A stretch of 52,159 nucleotides of DNA from a virus (IMGVR_UViG_3300022689_000138:1-52159), one strand, 5' to 3'; numbered from the stretch's first letter, positions 39,344 to 50,048 are shown. Numbers and translations: made by a program. The notes: generated by a model not told the origin, from the letters alone.

Positions 39344-41006
39344 ATTTTTATTAATTACCTTTTTTATTAGCTTGGCTACATGGTCACAATCCTGTGGTGT
39401 AATTGATGAGGAAATTAATACTAGACACGCTCAATATATTGACAGTTTACAAAGACCCGTATTATCATTTGATGTACATAATGACGTGCCTAATTTTTAC
39501 CCATTAACTATACATATAATTAGAGATAACAATGGTAATACAAACTTAAATCTAAATAATCTTTTATCTGAGATAGATTTAATGAATGACTATTATTTAC
39601 CAGCAGGTATTCAATTTTTTATATGTCAAGAAATAAACTATATTGATAACTCTAATTATTATTTTTTTAATCAGGGCCTTGAAGAAACAGAGATAGGTAA
39701 TGCATATGATATACCTAATACTATTAATATTTATTTTGCTAGTAATGTAACAAGCTCTAACGGCTCCTCATTATGTGGTTATGCTTATTATCCTGGTGGC
39801 CCATTAAGAATTATTATGTCTAATTCGTGTGCTACTAATGGAAGTACTTTAACTCATGAAATGGGGCATTTTTTTGGTTTATTACATACTCATGGTACAA
39901 GTAATACTAAAAATGCTACAAATGAACTAGCAGACGGTTCTAATGGTGCCACTGAAGGAGATAGAGTACAAGACACTCCCAGTGATCCACAACTAACTGG
40001 AGAAGTTAATTTTAATTGTATATATACCAATAATTATTTAGATAACAATGGACAACCACATAATCCAGACCCACACAACATCATGTCTTATTCAAGAAAA
40101 GAATGTCGTGATTTTATAAGTATTGGACAACTAACAGTAGTAAATCTAGTAGCTAATTCTTCTAGAAGTACTTTGATATGTTCAAATTTTAATGCTAATT
40201 TCACAGCTGACACTACTAAAATATGTGAAGGTCCATTAGAGGTTAATTTTATAGATACTAGTGTAGGAGCAGTTAATTGGGAATGGGATATTAATGCTGA
40301 TGGTAATATAGATTATATTGGACAAAATATAACTCATATTTACAATGAGTCTGGAAGCTATAATGTAGCTTTAACTATTACAAACAATGAAGGTAAAAAA
40401 ATATCTAAGGTTAAAAATAATTTTATTAATATAGGAGGGGAGATTATAGATACAGATATAATAAAATTAGAAATAACATTAGATAATTGGCCTACAGAAA
40501 CTACTTGGAAATTTGTAGATTCTAATAATAATATTCTTCTAGAAGAAAATAACTATCAACAAGCAGATAGAAATAAAACATTTAACTATGAATTAAATCT
40601 TACTAATAATGAATGTTATTCATTTATAATTACAGACCGTTTTGGAGATGGTATTTGTTGTAGTCAAGGTCCTGGTAATTATAAACTTTTAGATAATAAT
40701 GATAATATATTATTTGAAGGTGGTAGTTTTGGTAGTATAGAAGAAATTAATTTTAAAACATTAGAAAATGTTCTTTCAATAGATAATAATATTTTTTATA
40801 ATTTTAAAATGTATCCTAACCCATTTAGTAATACAATAAACCTAAATGATTTTATAGATAGTTACAAATTATATTCTATTACAGGTCAGCTTGTTTTAGA
40901 AGGAACAAATAAAGTAATCAATACAAATTCTATTAATAAAGGGTTTTATATTTTAGTAATAAAAAAAGAAAATAAAACAAAGCGCTTTAAAATAATAAAA
41001 AAATAA
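39333..41006 (+). CDS. M43-like zinc metalloprotease with PKD domain and T9SS C-terminal signal
   Basis: Signal peptide; HEMGHFFGLLH; Met-turn NIMSY; PKD-like WEWDINADG...HIYNESGSYNVALTIT; C-terminal YPNPF...GFYILVI...FKIIKK. Confidence 0.85.
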   Translation: MKIKFLLITFFISLATWSQSCGVIDEEINTRHAQYIDSLQRPVLSFDVHNDVPNFYPLTIHIIRDNNGNTNLNLNNLLSEIDLMNDYYLPAGIQFFICQEINYIDNSNYYFFNQGLEETEIGNAYDIPNTINIYFASNVTSSNGSSLCGYAYYPGGPLRIIMSNSCATNGSTLTHEMGHFFGLLHTHGTSNTKNATNELADGSNGATEGDRVQDTPSDPQLTGEVNFNCIYTNNYLDNNGQPHNPDPHNIMSYSRKECRDFISIGQLTVVNLVANSSRSTLICSNFNANFTADTTKICEGPLEVNFIDTSVGAVNWEWDINADGNIDYIGQNITHIYNESGSYNVALTITNNEGKKISKVKNNFINIGGEIIDTDIIKLEITLDNWPTETTWKFVDSNNNILLEENNYQQADRNKTFNYELNLTNNECYSFIITDRFGDGICCSQGPGNYKLLDNNDNILFEGGSFGSIEEINFKTLENVLSIDNNIFYNFKMYPNPFSNTINLNDFIDSYKLYSITGQLVLEGTNKVINTNSINKGFYILVIKKENKTKRFKIIKK

Positions 41007-41749
41007 TGGCAACTTTTACTGTAACAGTCAATTCAAAAGATAATCAACCTCCTAATCAAATAGGTAATAATTTAATAGGTTTGGATCATAACACTGAGTA
41101 TGTATTTACGATAGATGATTTTACTACTAATACTACTCCGTCTTATTCAGACCCAGAGGATGATCCTGCAAGTAGTATTCGTATATTAGCTCTACCAGAC
41201 ATTGGCAATTTAGAATTTAACAATACACCAATTACAATTGTACCTAGAGATGTTACAAGTGTAGAATTATTAGCTGGACTACTAACTTATCAAGCTGATC
41301 CATTAAATACTGATGGGTATATATCAGGTACTTTTAAATTTGATGTGGCTGACAGTGGGTCACTACAGTACTCTGGATTAGAGGCATTTATGACTTTTAA
41401 AGTGGCCCCAGTTTCAAATTCTCCTGCTACAGAAGTAGGTGATAACTCTGTTACTATAGAATATGGAGAAGTTATTGTATTTACATCAGCAGATTTTACT
41501 ACTAATACTACACCTGCGTATAGTGATCCTGAAAATGATAACCCTGCCTTATTAAGAATAGACAGTTTACCTTCTTCTGGAACATTACTACTTAATAATG
41601 TACCAGTAGTAATTAATCAAGTTATTTTATTTTCTGATATAGCCGCTGGTAATCTTACTTTTGAAAATGATCCCACTGATACTGACGGAGAGACAACTAA
41701 TTTTAATTTTTCAATTGCTGATTCTGGATCAGGTATTTTTGTAAGCTAA
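41006..41749 (+). CDS. Virion protein with two cadherin/Ig-like repeats
   Basis: Duplicated DFTTNTTPxYSDPExD...F.(V/I)ADSGS. Confidence 0.65.
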   Translation: MATFTVTVNSKDNQPPNQIGNNLIGLDHNTEYVFTIDDFTTNTTPSYSDPEDDPASSIRILALPDIGNLEFNNTPITIVPRDVTSVELLAGLLTYQADPLNTDGYISGTFKFDVADSGSLQYSGLEAFMTFKVAPVSNSPATEVGDNSVTIEYGEVIVFTSADFTTNTTPAYSDPENDNPALLRIDSLPSSGTLLLNNVPVVINQVILFSDIAAGNLTFENDPTDTDGETTNFNFSIADSGSGIFVS

Positions 41750-42330
41750 TGGCACAATTTGGAATTACTATAAACCCAGGTGAGTTTAGTATATCTAGAC
41801 CTACAATAACTAATGGTAGTTGTACTACTAAAGTAGTATTTGAAATATTTTCCACTAATGGTAATTTAATTAATATTGCTTTTTCAGGTGGGACAGTAGA
41901 AAATGAATTTTATACTTCTAATGGAATACAAACGTTTTTTACTGGTAGTACTAATGTATCATTTAATAATTCTTTAATAGTAGAATTTGAATTACCTAAT
42001 ACTGGAATAAATGGTGTTTTTAATGAGGTAACAACAACTATTACAGATAATACAATGGCACAGCCAGTCAATAGTTATAATTTTGAAGTTATAAGATTTG
42101 ATGACAGTGCTCCGTGTAATTCTGGTATTATAGGAGATAAAAATTTTACTTTTAGTCAGAACACACCTTCTGCTCTTTGGACAATACAACATGACTTAAA
42201 CAAGTTTCCCTCTGTATCAGTTATAGATACATCTGGTAACATTGTATTAGGAAGTGTTAATCACATAGATGTAAATAATTTAACAATATCTTTTACAGCT
42301 CCCTTTTCAGGGACTGCAACATTAAACTAA
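41749..42330 (+). CDS. Putative tail-associated protein
   Basis: C-terminal WTIQHDLNKFPSVSVID module. Confidence 0.65.
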   Translation: MAQFGITINPGEFSISRPTITNGSCTTKVVFEIFSTNGNLINIAFSGGTVENEFYTSNGIQTFFTGSTNVSFNNSLIVEFELPNTGINGVFNEVTTTITDNTMAQPVNSYNFEVIRFDDSAPCNSGIIGDKNFTFSQNTPSALWTIQHDLNKFPSVSVIDTSGNIVLGSVNHIDVNNLTISFTAPFSGTATLN

Positions 42331-42336
42331 TAAAAA

Positions 42337-43635
42337 ATGGCTCAAATAACAGTTTTAAGCAATTTAAATTTATCACAAAATCAATTACTTAATGTAGCTA
42401 TTCAAGTATTGGCTACTCCCCCTGCTACACCAGTTTTAGGACAAGTATATTACAATAGTGCAGATACAACTTTTTATGGTTGGAATGGAACATCTTGGTT
42501 AGATTTAGGAAATCAAGGTACAGGAGGTACTGATTTATCTTTTAGTACTGATGGTACTACAGTTACTATTATCTCTAATACTGGAGCTAATGCGGTGTTA
42601 CCTTCTGCTACTTCTACAGATGCTGGTGTTATGTCAGCTGCTGATAAAAATAAATTAGATGGTATAGAAGCTAATGCTAAGGACGATCAGAATGCAAGTG
42701 AAGTACCAGTCAGTCCCGCAGTTAATACTCAAACTAATGTACAAGGAGCTTTAGAAGATCATGAAACTAGAATTGATACCGTAGAAGGTCAATCACATGA
42801 TGCTGTAACATTAAATGCTGGAGATGCAACTCAACAATCTGCTAGTCTTTCAGGACAAGAAATTACTCTTAATCAAGCTACAACAACTACTGATGGGGTA
42901 ATGTCTTCTGAGGATAAGACTAAATTAGATGGAGTAGAAGTAGGAGCAACAGCAGACCAAAATGCTTCAGAAGTACCTGTAACACCTTCTGGTAATCTAG
43001 CTTCTACAGATGTACAAGCTGCTCTAGAAGAGTTACAAACAGATATAGATGCATTTTCTGGTGGTCTTGTTTATAAGGGTTCTTATAATGCATCTACTAA
43101 TACTCCTAATTTAGAGTCTGGTACAGGAGTAGTTACTGGAGATACATATACAGTAACTGTAGCTGGGACTTTCTATACAGAAGATGTAGAAGTAGGAGAT
43201 GTTATAATAGCGGAAGTAGACGGGGCTAGTACGTTAGCTAATTGGACTGTAGTTAATAAAAATATACCAGAAATAGTAGATGCTTCAGAAACAGAGAAAG
43301 GATTAGTTGAAGAAGCAACTCAAGCAGAAGTAAATGCTGGTACAGATGTAGGAGGGTCAGGAGCAAAACTATTTGTAACCCCAAGTAAATTAGCTGCGTA
43401 TGTTGGAGGTTCTAATGCAGCTCAAACTTTTACACAATTAATTGGAAATGGTGTAGCTACTGATATAGTAGTAACTCATAACTTAGGAAATCAATATGTA
43501 TTAACTCAAGTGTTTGATGCTAGTACAAATGATGTAGTTCTTACAGAAGTAGAAAATACTTCTTCTAATACAGTTACAATTAGTTTTAATACAGCTCCAT
43601 CAACAAATTCTTATAGAGTAGTAATACAAGGATAA
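42337..43635 (+). CDS. Putative fibre protein
   Basis: Duplicated GVMSxxDKxKLDGxE...DQNASEVPV; C-terminal VTHNLG module. Confidence 0.7.
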   Translation: MAQITVLSNLNLSQNQLLNVAIQVLATPPATPVLGQVYYNSADTTFYGWNGTSWLDLGNQGTGGTDLSFSTDGTTVTIISNTGANAVLPSATSTDAGVMSAADKNKLDGIEANAKDDQNASEVPVSPAVNTQTNVQGALEDHETRIDTVEGQSHDAVTLNAGDATQQSASLSGQEITLNQATTTTDGVMSSEDKTKLDGVEVGATADQNASEVPVTPSGNLASTDVQAALEELQTDIDAFSGGLVYKGSYNASTNTPNLESGTGVVTGDTYTVTVAGTFYTEDVEVGDVIIAEVDGASTLANWTVVNKNIPEIVDASETEKGLVEEATQAEVNAGTDVGGSGAKLFVTPSKLAAYVGGSNAAQTFTQLIGNGVATDIVVTHNLGNQYVLTQVFDASTNDVVLTEVENTSSNTVTISFNTAPSTNSYRVVIQG

Positions 43636-43636
43636 T

Positions 43637-46600
43637 ATGCCAAAAGTAGTAGGTAATTTAACAGTAGAAAACGGAAACGTTGCTTTTACTGATTATGGAC
43701 AAAATAATATTACAGGTACTCCTGCTACAAATGCAGTATTTGATACTAATGGTAATATTATAGAAGCTCCTTTATCTGTAGGTTCTTCTACATTTGCATT
43801 AGTTACTGCACGGATAAGTGTTCAAGCTGATGGTACAGTAAATGGTTCTGATGGGATATCTGTAACTAAAGGTAGTACAGGTATTTATAATTATACATTT
43901 GATACACCTCAACCTAATGCTAATTACGCAGTTAGTGGAGTTATGACTATGGGTGTTGGTTGGACTGATACTAACATTAATGTTAGAAATAAAACTACTA
44001 CTGGCTTTACAGTTGATATAGGACAGGGTGACAATGGTACAACTGCTGATACATTAGTTGACCAACCTCATGATTTAATTATAGTTGGTGATACATTAGG
44101 TGATGAAGTCACAGCAACTTGGGGTACTATTCAAGGTACACTATCAAATCAAACAGATTTACAAAATGCTCTAAATGATAAAGCCGATAACGTTCATACA
44201 CATGTAGCATCTGAAATTACTGATTTTGATACTGAAGTAAGTAATAATAGTTCTGTAGTTGCTAATACAGCTAAAGTATCTTTTCCTGGATTTAGTACTC
44301 TTTTAGCTGACTATGGGTTTACTGATAATAGTACAAATTGGAATACTGCATTTAGTTGGGGTGATCACGCATTGGCTGGGTATTTAACAAGTTTTACTGA
44401 AACAGACCCAATATTTACAGCAAGTCAAGCATCTAATATTACTGCAACTGATATTACTAACCTTAGTAATTTATCAGGTGTAAATACAGGAGACCAGACA
44501 TCTATAGTAGGTATAACTGGTACTAAAGCTCAGTTTGATACTGCACTTACAGATGGTGATTTTTTATATGTTGGAGATGTAACCTCTTTTCCTGGGTTTG
44601 GTACACTAACTAGTGATTACGGTATAACTCTAGCTACAGTAGCTACAACAGGAGATTACTCAGATTTAATTGGTACACCATCTATACCAAGTTCTTTAGT
44701 AAATTTAACAGATGTAGTTTCAGCTACTAATACCAATAGATTTGCTTTAATGGCTAATGGCACTACTGGTTATGTAGGAAGGGCTTTAGTAGAAGCTGAT
44801 ATTAGTGATTTACAAGCATATTTGCTATCTGTAAATATATCTGATATAAATGCTACTGGTACTGCTGATGCTACTACATATCTTAGAGGCGATGGCACTT
44901 GGGCTACTGTATCTGGTGGAGGTGGATTAAATAATATAGTAGAAGATACTAGCCCACAATTAGGAGGTAACTTAGACGCTCAAAATTTTGATATAACAGG
45001 TGTAGATTCTATTACATCTAGAGCTGCATTATTTGGAACTGGGGTATCTAATCTTAGAGCTTTTAATATTTATGGAACTGGATTAGATGGTAGATTGTCA
45101 TTACAAGGAGGACCTGGAGATAACCCAGGACTTGAGATGACTACTAGTGCTAATGCACAAAGAGTACTTTTAAGATTACAAGAAAGAGGAGCTGACGGTA
45201 CTTCATTAGAATGTTATATAGAGCCAATAGGGGGTGGTATATCAAGAGCTTGGACTACTGATGAAGATTCTACTTTTTGGATGTTTCCATCAAATGCAGG
45301 TACATCTCCTACAAATAATGCTGGTATTAGAAATAATGCTGGTGTAATGCAATTTAAAGATGCAGCAGGAACTTGGACAAATATATTACAAGCTGGAGGT
45401 GGTTCTACTGATTATATCTCTGGAGGTTCATTTAATTCTACTACTGGTGATTTATTATTAACAGGTGTTGGTTTAGCTGGGGCTACTATTAGTTTAGATG
45501 GTAGGTATTTAACTTCAGAACTTAATGATTTAACTCAGGCTGTTACATGGGCTAATGTACCAGATGCCAATATAACTCAATCTAGTGTTACTCAACACCA
45601 AGGAGCTTTATCTATAACTGAATCTCAGATAAGTGACTTACAGTCTTATGTAACATCGGTTAATTTAAGTTCTGTACCATTAACCAATTTAGTTAACATA
45701 ACTAATTCTGCTGGAGGTAATGCAACTATATCCAGTTTTTCTACTGCTTTAGCTGGTGTAGTTCCAGCATCTGGTGGAGGTACAACTAACTTTCTTAGAG
45801 CAGATGGGACATGGGCAGCTCCTTCTGGAGGAGGTAGTGGAGGATACTCTATGATTTGGGCTGAAATGAATAATGACTTAAATCCATCCGAAAATGGAGG
45901 TTTACAATGGTCATTTGGTAATGGTGCCACTAATGGACAAGGAGTTGTAGTAGGATTTGATTGTACAGGAATAGAACTTTCAGCTACTTTTCAAGCAGCT
46001 CCTACAGGTACCGTTAGAATAGCTTTAGTTAAAAATGGTGTAGACACTGTTCATGAAATAACTGGTAATACTACAGAACAAAGAGTTACCATAAGTGAAT
46101 CATTTGTAGCTGGAGATACAATTACTTTTAGAACTATCAGTGGTGCTGGGGGTACTGTATGTACCATAGGACTAGCATTACTTACAGGTTCTGTACCAGA
46201 CCAATTAATTAATGATACTACTCCACAACTAGGGGGAGATTTAGATTTAAATGGTTTTGATATAATAGGACTGAACGTTGATTTATCTTTAGCTACTTCT
46301 ACTAATTTATTAAGAATAGATAATACTGCTGGTAATGGAGTTTTACTTGAACCCTATACTACAGCTGCTGCTGGATTAGTACCTGCAACAGAAGGGACAA
46401 CTAATAGATATTTAAGGTCAGATGGTGGATGGACTATTCTTCCAACTCAATCCAAATCTATTTCAATAAAAGACCCTCAAGTAGAAGAAATTACTTTATT
46501 TGCTACAAATGAAGCAATAACAATCACTAAAATAGTGTTAAGTAGAAAAGGTACTGGAACAGTTAGCGTAGATTTTGCACATGGTACTGATTCAACATCT

Positions 46601-46771
46601 ACTAATAATACTATCTTAGCAACACAAAATGTAACAGCTAGTACATTAACATCTGTAACAACAGGATTTACAGATAATACAATACCAATTAATAGTTTTG
46701 TTAACATGGATATAACAGCAGTAGGAAGTGCTACTGAATTTAATGTAACAATATTTTATAGACCAGACTAA
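43637..46771 (+). CDS. Tail fibre protein
   Basis: 1044 aa, Gly/Thr/Ser-rich; repeats xLRxDGxW (3x) and DTxPQLGGxLD (2x). Confidence 0.75.
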   Translation: MPKVVGNLTVENGNVAFTDYGQNNITGTPATNAVFDTNGNIIEAPLSVGSSTFALVTARISVQADGTVNGSDGISVTKGSTGIYNYTFDTPQPNANYAVSGVMTMGVGWTDTNINVRNKTTTGFTVDIGQGDNGTTADTLVDQPHDLIIVGDTLGDEVTATWGTIQGTLSNQTDLQNALNDKADNVHTHVASEITDFDTEVSNNSSVVANTAKVSFPGFSTLLADYGFTDNSTNWNTAFSWGDHALAGYLTSFTETDPIFTASQASNITATDITNLSNLSGVNTGDQTSIVGITGTKAQFDTALTDGDFLYVGDVTSFPGFGTLTSDYGITLATVATTGDYSDLIGTPSIPSSLVNLTDVVSATNTNRFALMANGTTGYVGRALVEADISDLQAYLLSVNISDINATGTADATTYLRGDGTWATVSGGGGLNNIVEDTSPQLGGNLDAQNFDITGVDSITSRAALFGTGVSNLRAFNIYGTGLDGRLSLQGGPGDNPGLEMTTSANAQRVLLRLQERGADGTSLECYIEPIGGGISRAWTTDEDSTFWMFPSNAGTSPTNNAGIRNNAGVMQFKDAAGTWTNILQAGGGSTDYISGGSFNSTTGDLLLTGVGLAGATISLDGRYLTSELNDLTQAVTWANVPDANITQSSVTQHQGALSITESQISDLQSYVTSVNLSSVPLTNLVNITNSAGGNATISSFSTALAGVVPASGGGTTNFLRADGTWAAPSGGGSGGYSMIWAEMNNDLNPSENGGLQWSFGNGATNGQGVVVGFDCTGIELSATFQAAPTGTVRIALVKNGVDTVHEITGNTTEQRVTISESFVAGDTITFRTISGAGGTVCTIGLALLTGSVPDQLINDTTPQLGGDLDLNGFDIIGLNVDLSLATSTNLLRIDNTAGNGVLLEPYTTAAAGLVPATEGTTNRYLRSDGGWTILPTQSKSISIKDPQVEEITLFATNEAITITKIVLSRKGTGTVSVDFAHGTDSTSTNNTILATQNVTASTLTSVTTGFTDNTIPINSFVNMDITAVGSATEFNVTIFYRPD

Positions 46772-48225
46772 TGAAGATATTTAGATTTGAAGGAGGTACA
46801 TCTACAAATTTTCCTGCAACTACAGCTTATGCAGTAATACCTTCTAATACGTTTACTAATCAAGTAAGTCTTAGAAATGATGACCCTACTATTTTTACTA
46901 ATTTTGGAAGTGATGGCACATTAACAATTACTAATATACCAACTGATTGTATTTTAGTATATACACATTCTATAAATTTCCAGACTACTAATAATAACAG
47001 AACTAATATTTTAGTAGGACAAGGAGCCATTGCTACTGGTGGAGGTACTGGAAATCAACCAGGTTTGGCTGTTACAAATGGTAGTTACTCTAGAAACACT
47101 GCAAATTCACAACAAGTAGTAAGATGTACTAGTATTCAAAAACCTAATGCTTCTGTTACAGACCTAATCATGGATATCCAGTGGCTTAGAACAGGTGAAG
47201 GTACTTTAGGTGGTTCTATATTAAATACTACAATGGAGTGTATTATATTTGAACAAAATGACTATGCTAACATCGCTGCTTATTTTCATAACGATACTTT
47301 CAATCTTTATGGTGGTGTTACTCCTAATACTGTAACTATAAACGAACTTAATATTAATAACCCTGCGATACCTCTGTCAAGTAATGCTATTACATTAAGT
47401 TCTAATAAAAAATATTTAGTGTCTATTTGGGATTATAGTGAGGGTAGAGCAGCATCTGGAGCAAGAACTCAAAGATGGGTAGCAGCAGCCTTAGATGGAG
47501 TAGTGCAAAGAGATACAATGATGTGTCTTTATTATAGAAATGCTGTTTCTGATGCTATAGGGAGACAAGTTATAACTTTAATTGAACCTTCTACAAATCA
47601 AGACTTGACTGTTGTTAAATGGAGGGGAGATGGTATTTCTCCAACTACATTAGGTGGTGCAGATATTGATGGTGATATACCCACTAGTGAAACAATTGCA
47701 GTAACCGTAGTAGAATTAAATGACGGTGTAGAAACTTTTAAATCAAAAGATGGTACTGGAGTACAGTCATTATCTGGTACAACACCTACTGTAATAAATG
47801 CAGTTAGAGATGTAGAACAAAATGATTCAGCAGCTTTTGTAAAAGGTAATGACACTACTATAACAGCTCAAAAAACTATGAATGTTTTTGCTGGATTTAA
47901 CATAAGTGCTTCTTATGATTCTGCTAGTGGTACTAGATTTACCAGAGAGGGAAAACTTAGAAAAAATTCTACTGACTTAGAAATAAGTAAGAACTCAAAT
48001 TATGGTAGAGGAAATCAAGGTACTCAAGATACTTATGGTTTTTCAGTTAATTCTACTTCAACTGTTGATGTAGTATCCAATGATACATTAAGTGTAGTTA
48101 CTACTGATACTGGTGATAATGGTCCAGTAAGTACTAGAGCTGACTGGGTTGGATTTTGGGGAATAAATTTAGATACACTTCAAGGAGTAACTACTCCAAC
48201 TAGAAGATTATACATGATAACTTAA
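46771..48225 (+). CDS. Putative tail spike/fibre-associated protein
   Basis: 484 aa, beta-rich composition, end of the fibre cluster. Confidence 0.6.
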   Translation: MKIFRFEGGTSTNFPATTAYAVIPSNTFTNQVSLRNDDPTIFTNFGSDGTLTITNIPTDCILVYTHSINFQTTNNNRTNILVGQGAIATGGGTGNQPGLAVTNGSYSRNTANSQQVVRCTSIQKPNASVTDLIMDIQWLRTGEGTLGGSILNTTMECIIFEQNDYANIAAYFHNDTFNLYGGVTPNTVTINELNINNPAIPLSSNAITLSSNKKYLVSIWDYSEGRAASGARTQRWVAAALDGVVQRDTMMCLYYRNAVSDAIGRQVITLIEPSTNQDLTVVKWRGDGISPTTLGGADIDGDIPTSETIAVTVVELNDGVETFKSKDGTGVQSLSGTTPTVINAVRDVEQNDSAAFVKGNDTTITAQKTMNVFAGFNISASYDSASGTRFTREGKLRKNSTDLEISKNSNYGRGNQGTQDTYGFSVNSTSTVDVVSNDTLSVVTTDTGDNGPVSTRADWVGFWGINLDTLQGVTTPTRRLYMIT

Positions 48226-48251
48226 TATAAATTTAAAATTAATACATTAAA

Positions 48252-48554
48252 ATGAAAAGTGAGCTACCTAATGAAATCGACCCTACTAAATTTACAACGG
48301 AGGAGCTAATTAAACATAATTATAGACATATCCAAATTATAGAAAAAAATCAAGAGGATATGAATAATAAATTTTCAGAAAAATTAGACAATCTTTCTTT
48401 ATCTTTAGCTGAACTAAATCAAAAGTATTTTGCAGAAGAAACTCAAAAAGAAGATTCTAAAAATAGAAAGTATTTAACTTGGACTATTATTGCTTCTTTA
48501 GCGGCAGTATTAACCGTTATAATAGAGGGACTAGTAGGGTTATTTGAAAAATAA
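48252..48554 (+). CDS. Holin-like/lysis-region membrane protein
   Basis: Coiled coil plus C-terminal TM, upstream of the endolysin. Confidence 0.5.
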   Translation: MKSELPNEIDPTKFTTEELIKHNYRHIQIIEKNQEDMNNKFSEKLDNLSLSLAELNQKYFAEETQKEDSKNRKYLTWTIIASLAAVLTVIIEGLVGLFEK

Positions 48555-48555
48555 A

Positions 48556-48720
48556 ATGATAATAACTAATAAAGACATAGAATTAATAACTAATATACTT
48601 TTAAGTATATGGTCTATAGTTGGTATTTTTAGTGAGATAAAAGCCTTTTTAAAAAATAAATCTCAAAAAAAATTAGCAGATAGACAACTAGAAGAAGAAA
48701 TAGCAGATGGCTTTGACTAA
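48556..48720 (+). CDS. Small single-TM protein (54 aa, not in ORF track)
   Basis: MIITNKDIELITNILLSIWSIVGIFSEIKAFLKNK...; overlaps the endolysin start. Confidence 0.55.
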   Translation: MIITNKDIELITNILLSIWSIVGIFSEIKAFLKNKSQKKLADRQLEEEIADGFD

Positions 48721-49357
48721 AAAAATTAAAAGAGGTATAATAGCTTTAACTGCTTCAGCGGCTATAGCTATAGGTATTACTGTGTCTATAGAAGACACAA
48801 TAAATAATAATACAGCAGAACACTGTGATTGTATATATCCAGAACCAAAAAACTCTAATTTAAATATGTTTAGAGATGTTAGTGAGTGGGTAGATCCAAA
48901 TGATTTAAGGAGGCTTAGAAAACTAGCTAAGTCAGATGGTGCTACTCCTATATATATAGTATTTCACCACACTGTTACGTCAGAAGGCACAACTGGTAAA
49001 GAGTTATGTACTATTACAGATAATAGATTTAATCTAGGTTGTTCCTATGCTATATCTGTTCATACTAATGGAGTAGTATTACAATTAAATAATTTTCAAG
49101 ATCACACTCCTAGTGTAGGTGGAAAAAACAGTATAGTTATTTCAATAGCATTTGTTGGTAATTTTCAAAATAAAGAGTTACCACCAATAATGTTAAAAAG
49201 AGCCTGTCAAATAAGAGCTGCTTTAGAGCAGTTTGATGAACAAGAGGAAGACTTTGAAATTAAAGCATTTACTTCCCATAGGCATTTTAAAAATACTAAA
49301 TGCCCTGGAGAAAAAGCATATCAACAACTTTGTGATCACAATATAATAGATTTTTAA
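48707..49357 (+). CDS. N-acetylmuramoyl-L-alanine amidase (endolysin)
   Basis: IVFHHT, ISIAFVGNF, SHR and TKCPG (Amidase_2/PGRP zinc-ligand pattern); N-terminal hydrophobic anchor. Confidence 0.85.
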   Translation: MALTKKIKRGIIALTASAAIAIGITVSIEDTINNNTAEHCDCIYPEPKNSNLNMFRDVSEWVDPNDLRRLRKLAKSDGATPIYIVFHHTVTSEGTTGKELCTITDNRFNLGCSYAISVHTNGVVLQLNNFQDHTPSVGGKNSIVISIAFVGNFQNKELPPIMLKRACQIRAALEQFDEQEEDFEIKAFTSHRHFKNTKCPGEKAYQQLCDHNIIDF

Positions 49358-49358
49358 T

Positions 49359-49748
49359 ATGATATCTTTAATATATAATTATATAAAAAACCAATCTATA
49401 CAATTTAAAATTTTATTAGGAGTTTTTATTATCTCATTCTTAGTAGGTTTAGGACTTTTTATAAATTTAGCAATTGTAAAATATAAATACTATAAACAAT
49501 TAGAAAATAACCATGAAAAGTTAATATCTGATTATGATACTCTTAGAGAAGAAAGAGAAGTAAAAGTAGAAACTTTGTATGTTTTTACTAAAGCAACTAA
49601 AGAAAAAAGCGATAATTATGATAAAGAATACGATGATGCTGTTAAAAAAATTTACAATACTAAGTATACTGATGATGAGCTTATCCAGTTTTTCGCAGAG
49701 TACGAAAGAAGGGCTGACAGTATCAAGAGAGGCAGCGGTTCTAATTAA
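49359..49748 (+). CDS. Inner-spanin-like protein
   Basis: N-terminal TM plus coiled coil, directly after the endolysin. Confidence 0.5.
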   Translation: MISLIYNYIKNQSIQFKILLGVFIISFLVGLGLFINLAIVKYKYYKQLENNHEKLISDYDTLREEREVKVETLYVFTKATKEKSDNYDKEYDDAVKKIYNTKYTDDELIQFFAEYERRADSIKRGSGSN

Positions 49749-49989
49749 AAAAGATTTAGAAAAAGCTAAACTTACTGAGATTACATTAGCAAAAAAAAGT
49801 AAGCTCTTAGATGAGTTAATAGTTTCTAATCTTAAAACAATACAAGAGTTAGAAGAGTCTTTTAAAAAAGAAAAAGAGCTTAGTGAAGATATTAAAAAAT
49901 CAGCTAAAAAATTAAGGAGAGCTAAGACTGCTAATTGGATTTTACCTGGCGCTGCATTTTTATTAGGGTTTGTACTAGGCTCTAACTAA
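49633..49989 (+). CDS. Overlapping spanin-partner-like protein
   Basis: Signal peptide (MMLLKKFTILSILMMSLSSFSQ), coiled coil, C-terminal TM; overlaps the previous gene in another frame. Confidence 0.5.
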   Translation: MMLLKKFTILSILMMSLSSFSQSTKEGLTVSREAAVLIKKDLEKAKLTEITLAKKSKLLDELIVSNLKTIQELEESFKKEKELSEDIKKSAKKLRRAKTANWILPGAAFLLGFVLGSN

Positions 49990-50016
49990 ATTAATTATAA
50001 AATAATCCCTAATTAA

Positions 50017-50048
50017 TTTGGAATTGTCATATATTTTTCTTATCTTTG
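50017..50048 (+). promoter_or_regulatory. Bacteroidota-type promoter
   Basis: TTTG + 20 nt (containing TGTCA) + TATCTTTG. Confidence 0.8.

Noticed and set aside
18819-47855. Short antisense ORFs inside long plus-strand genes
   Set aside because: Shadow frames of well-supported genes with no independent motifs.
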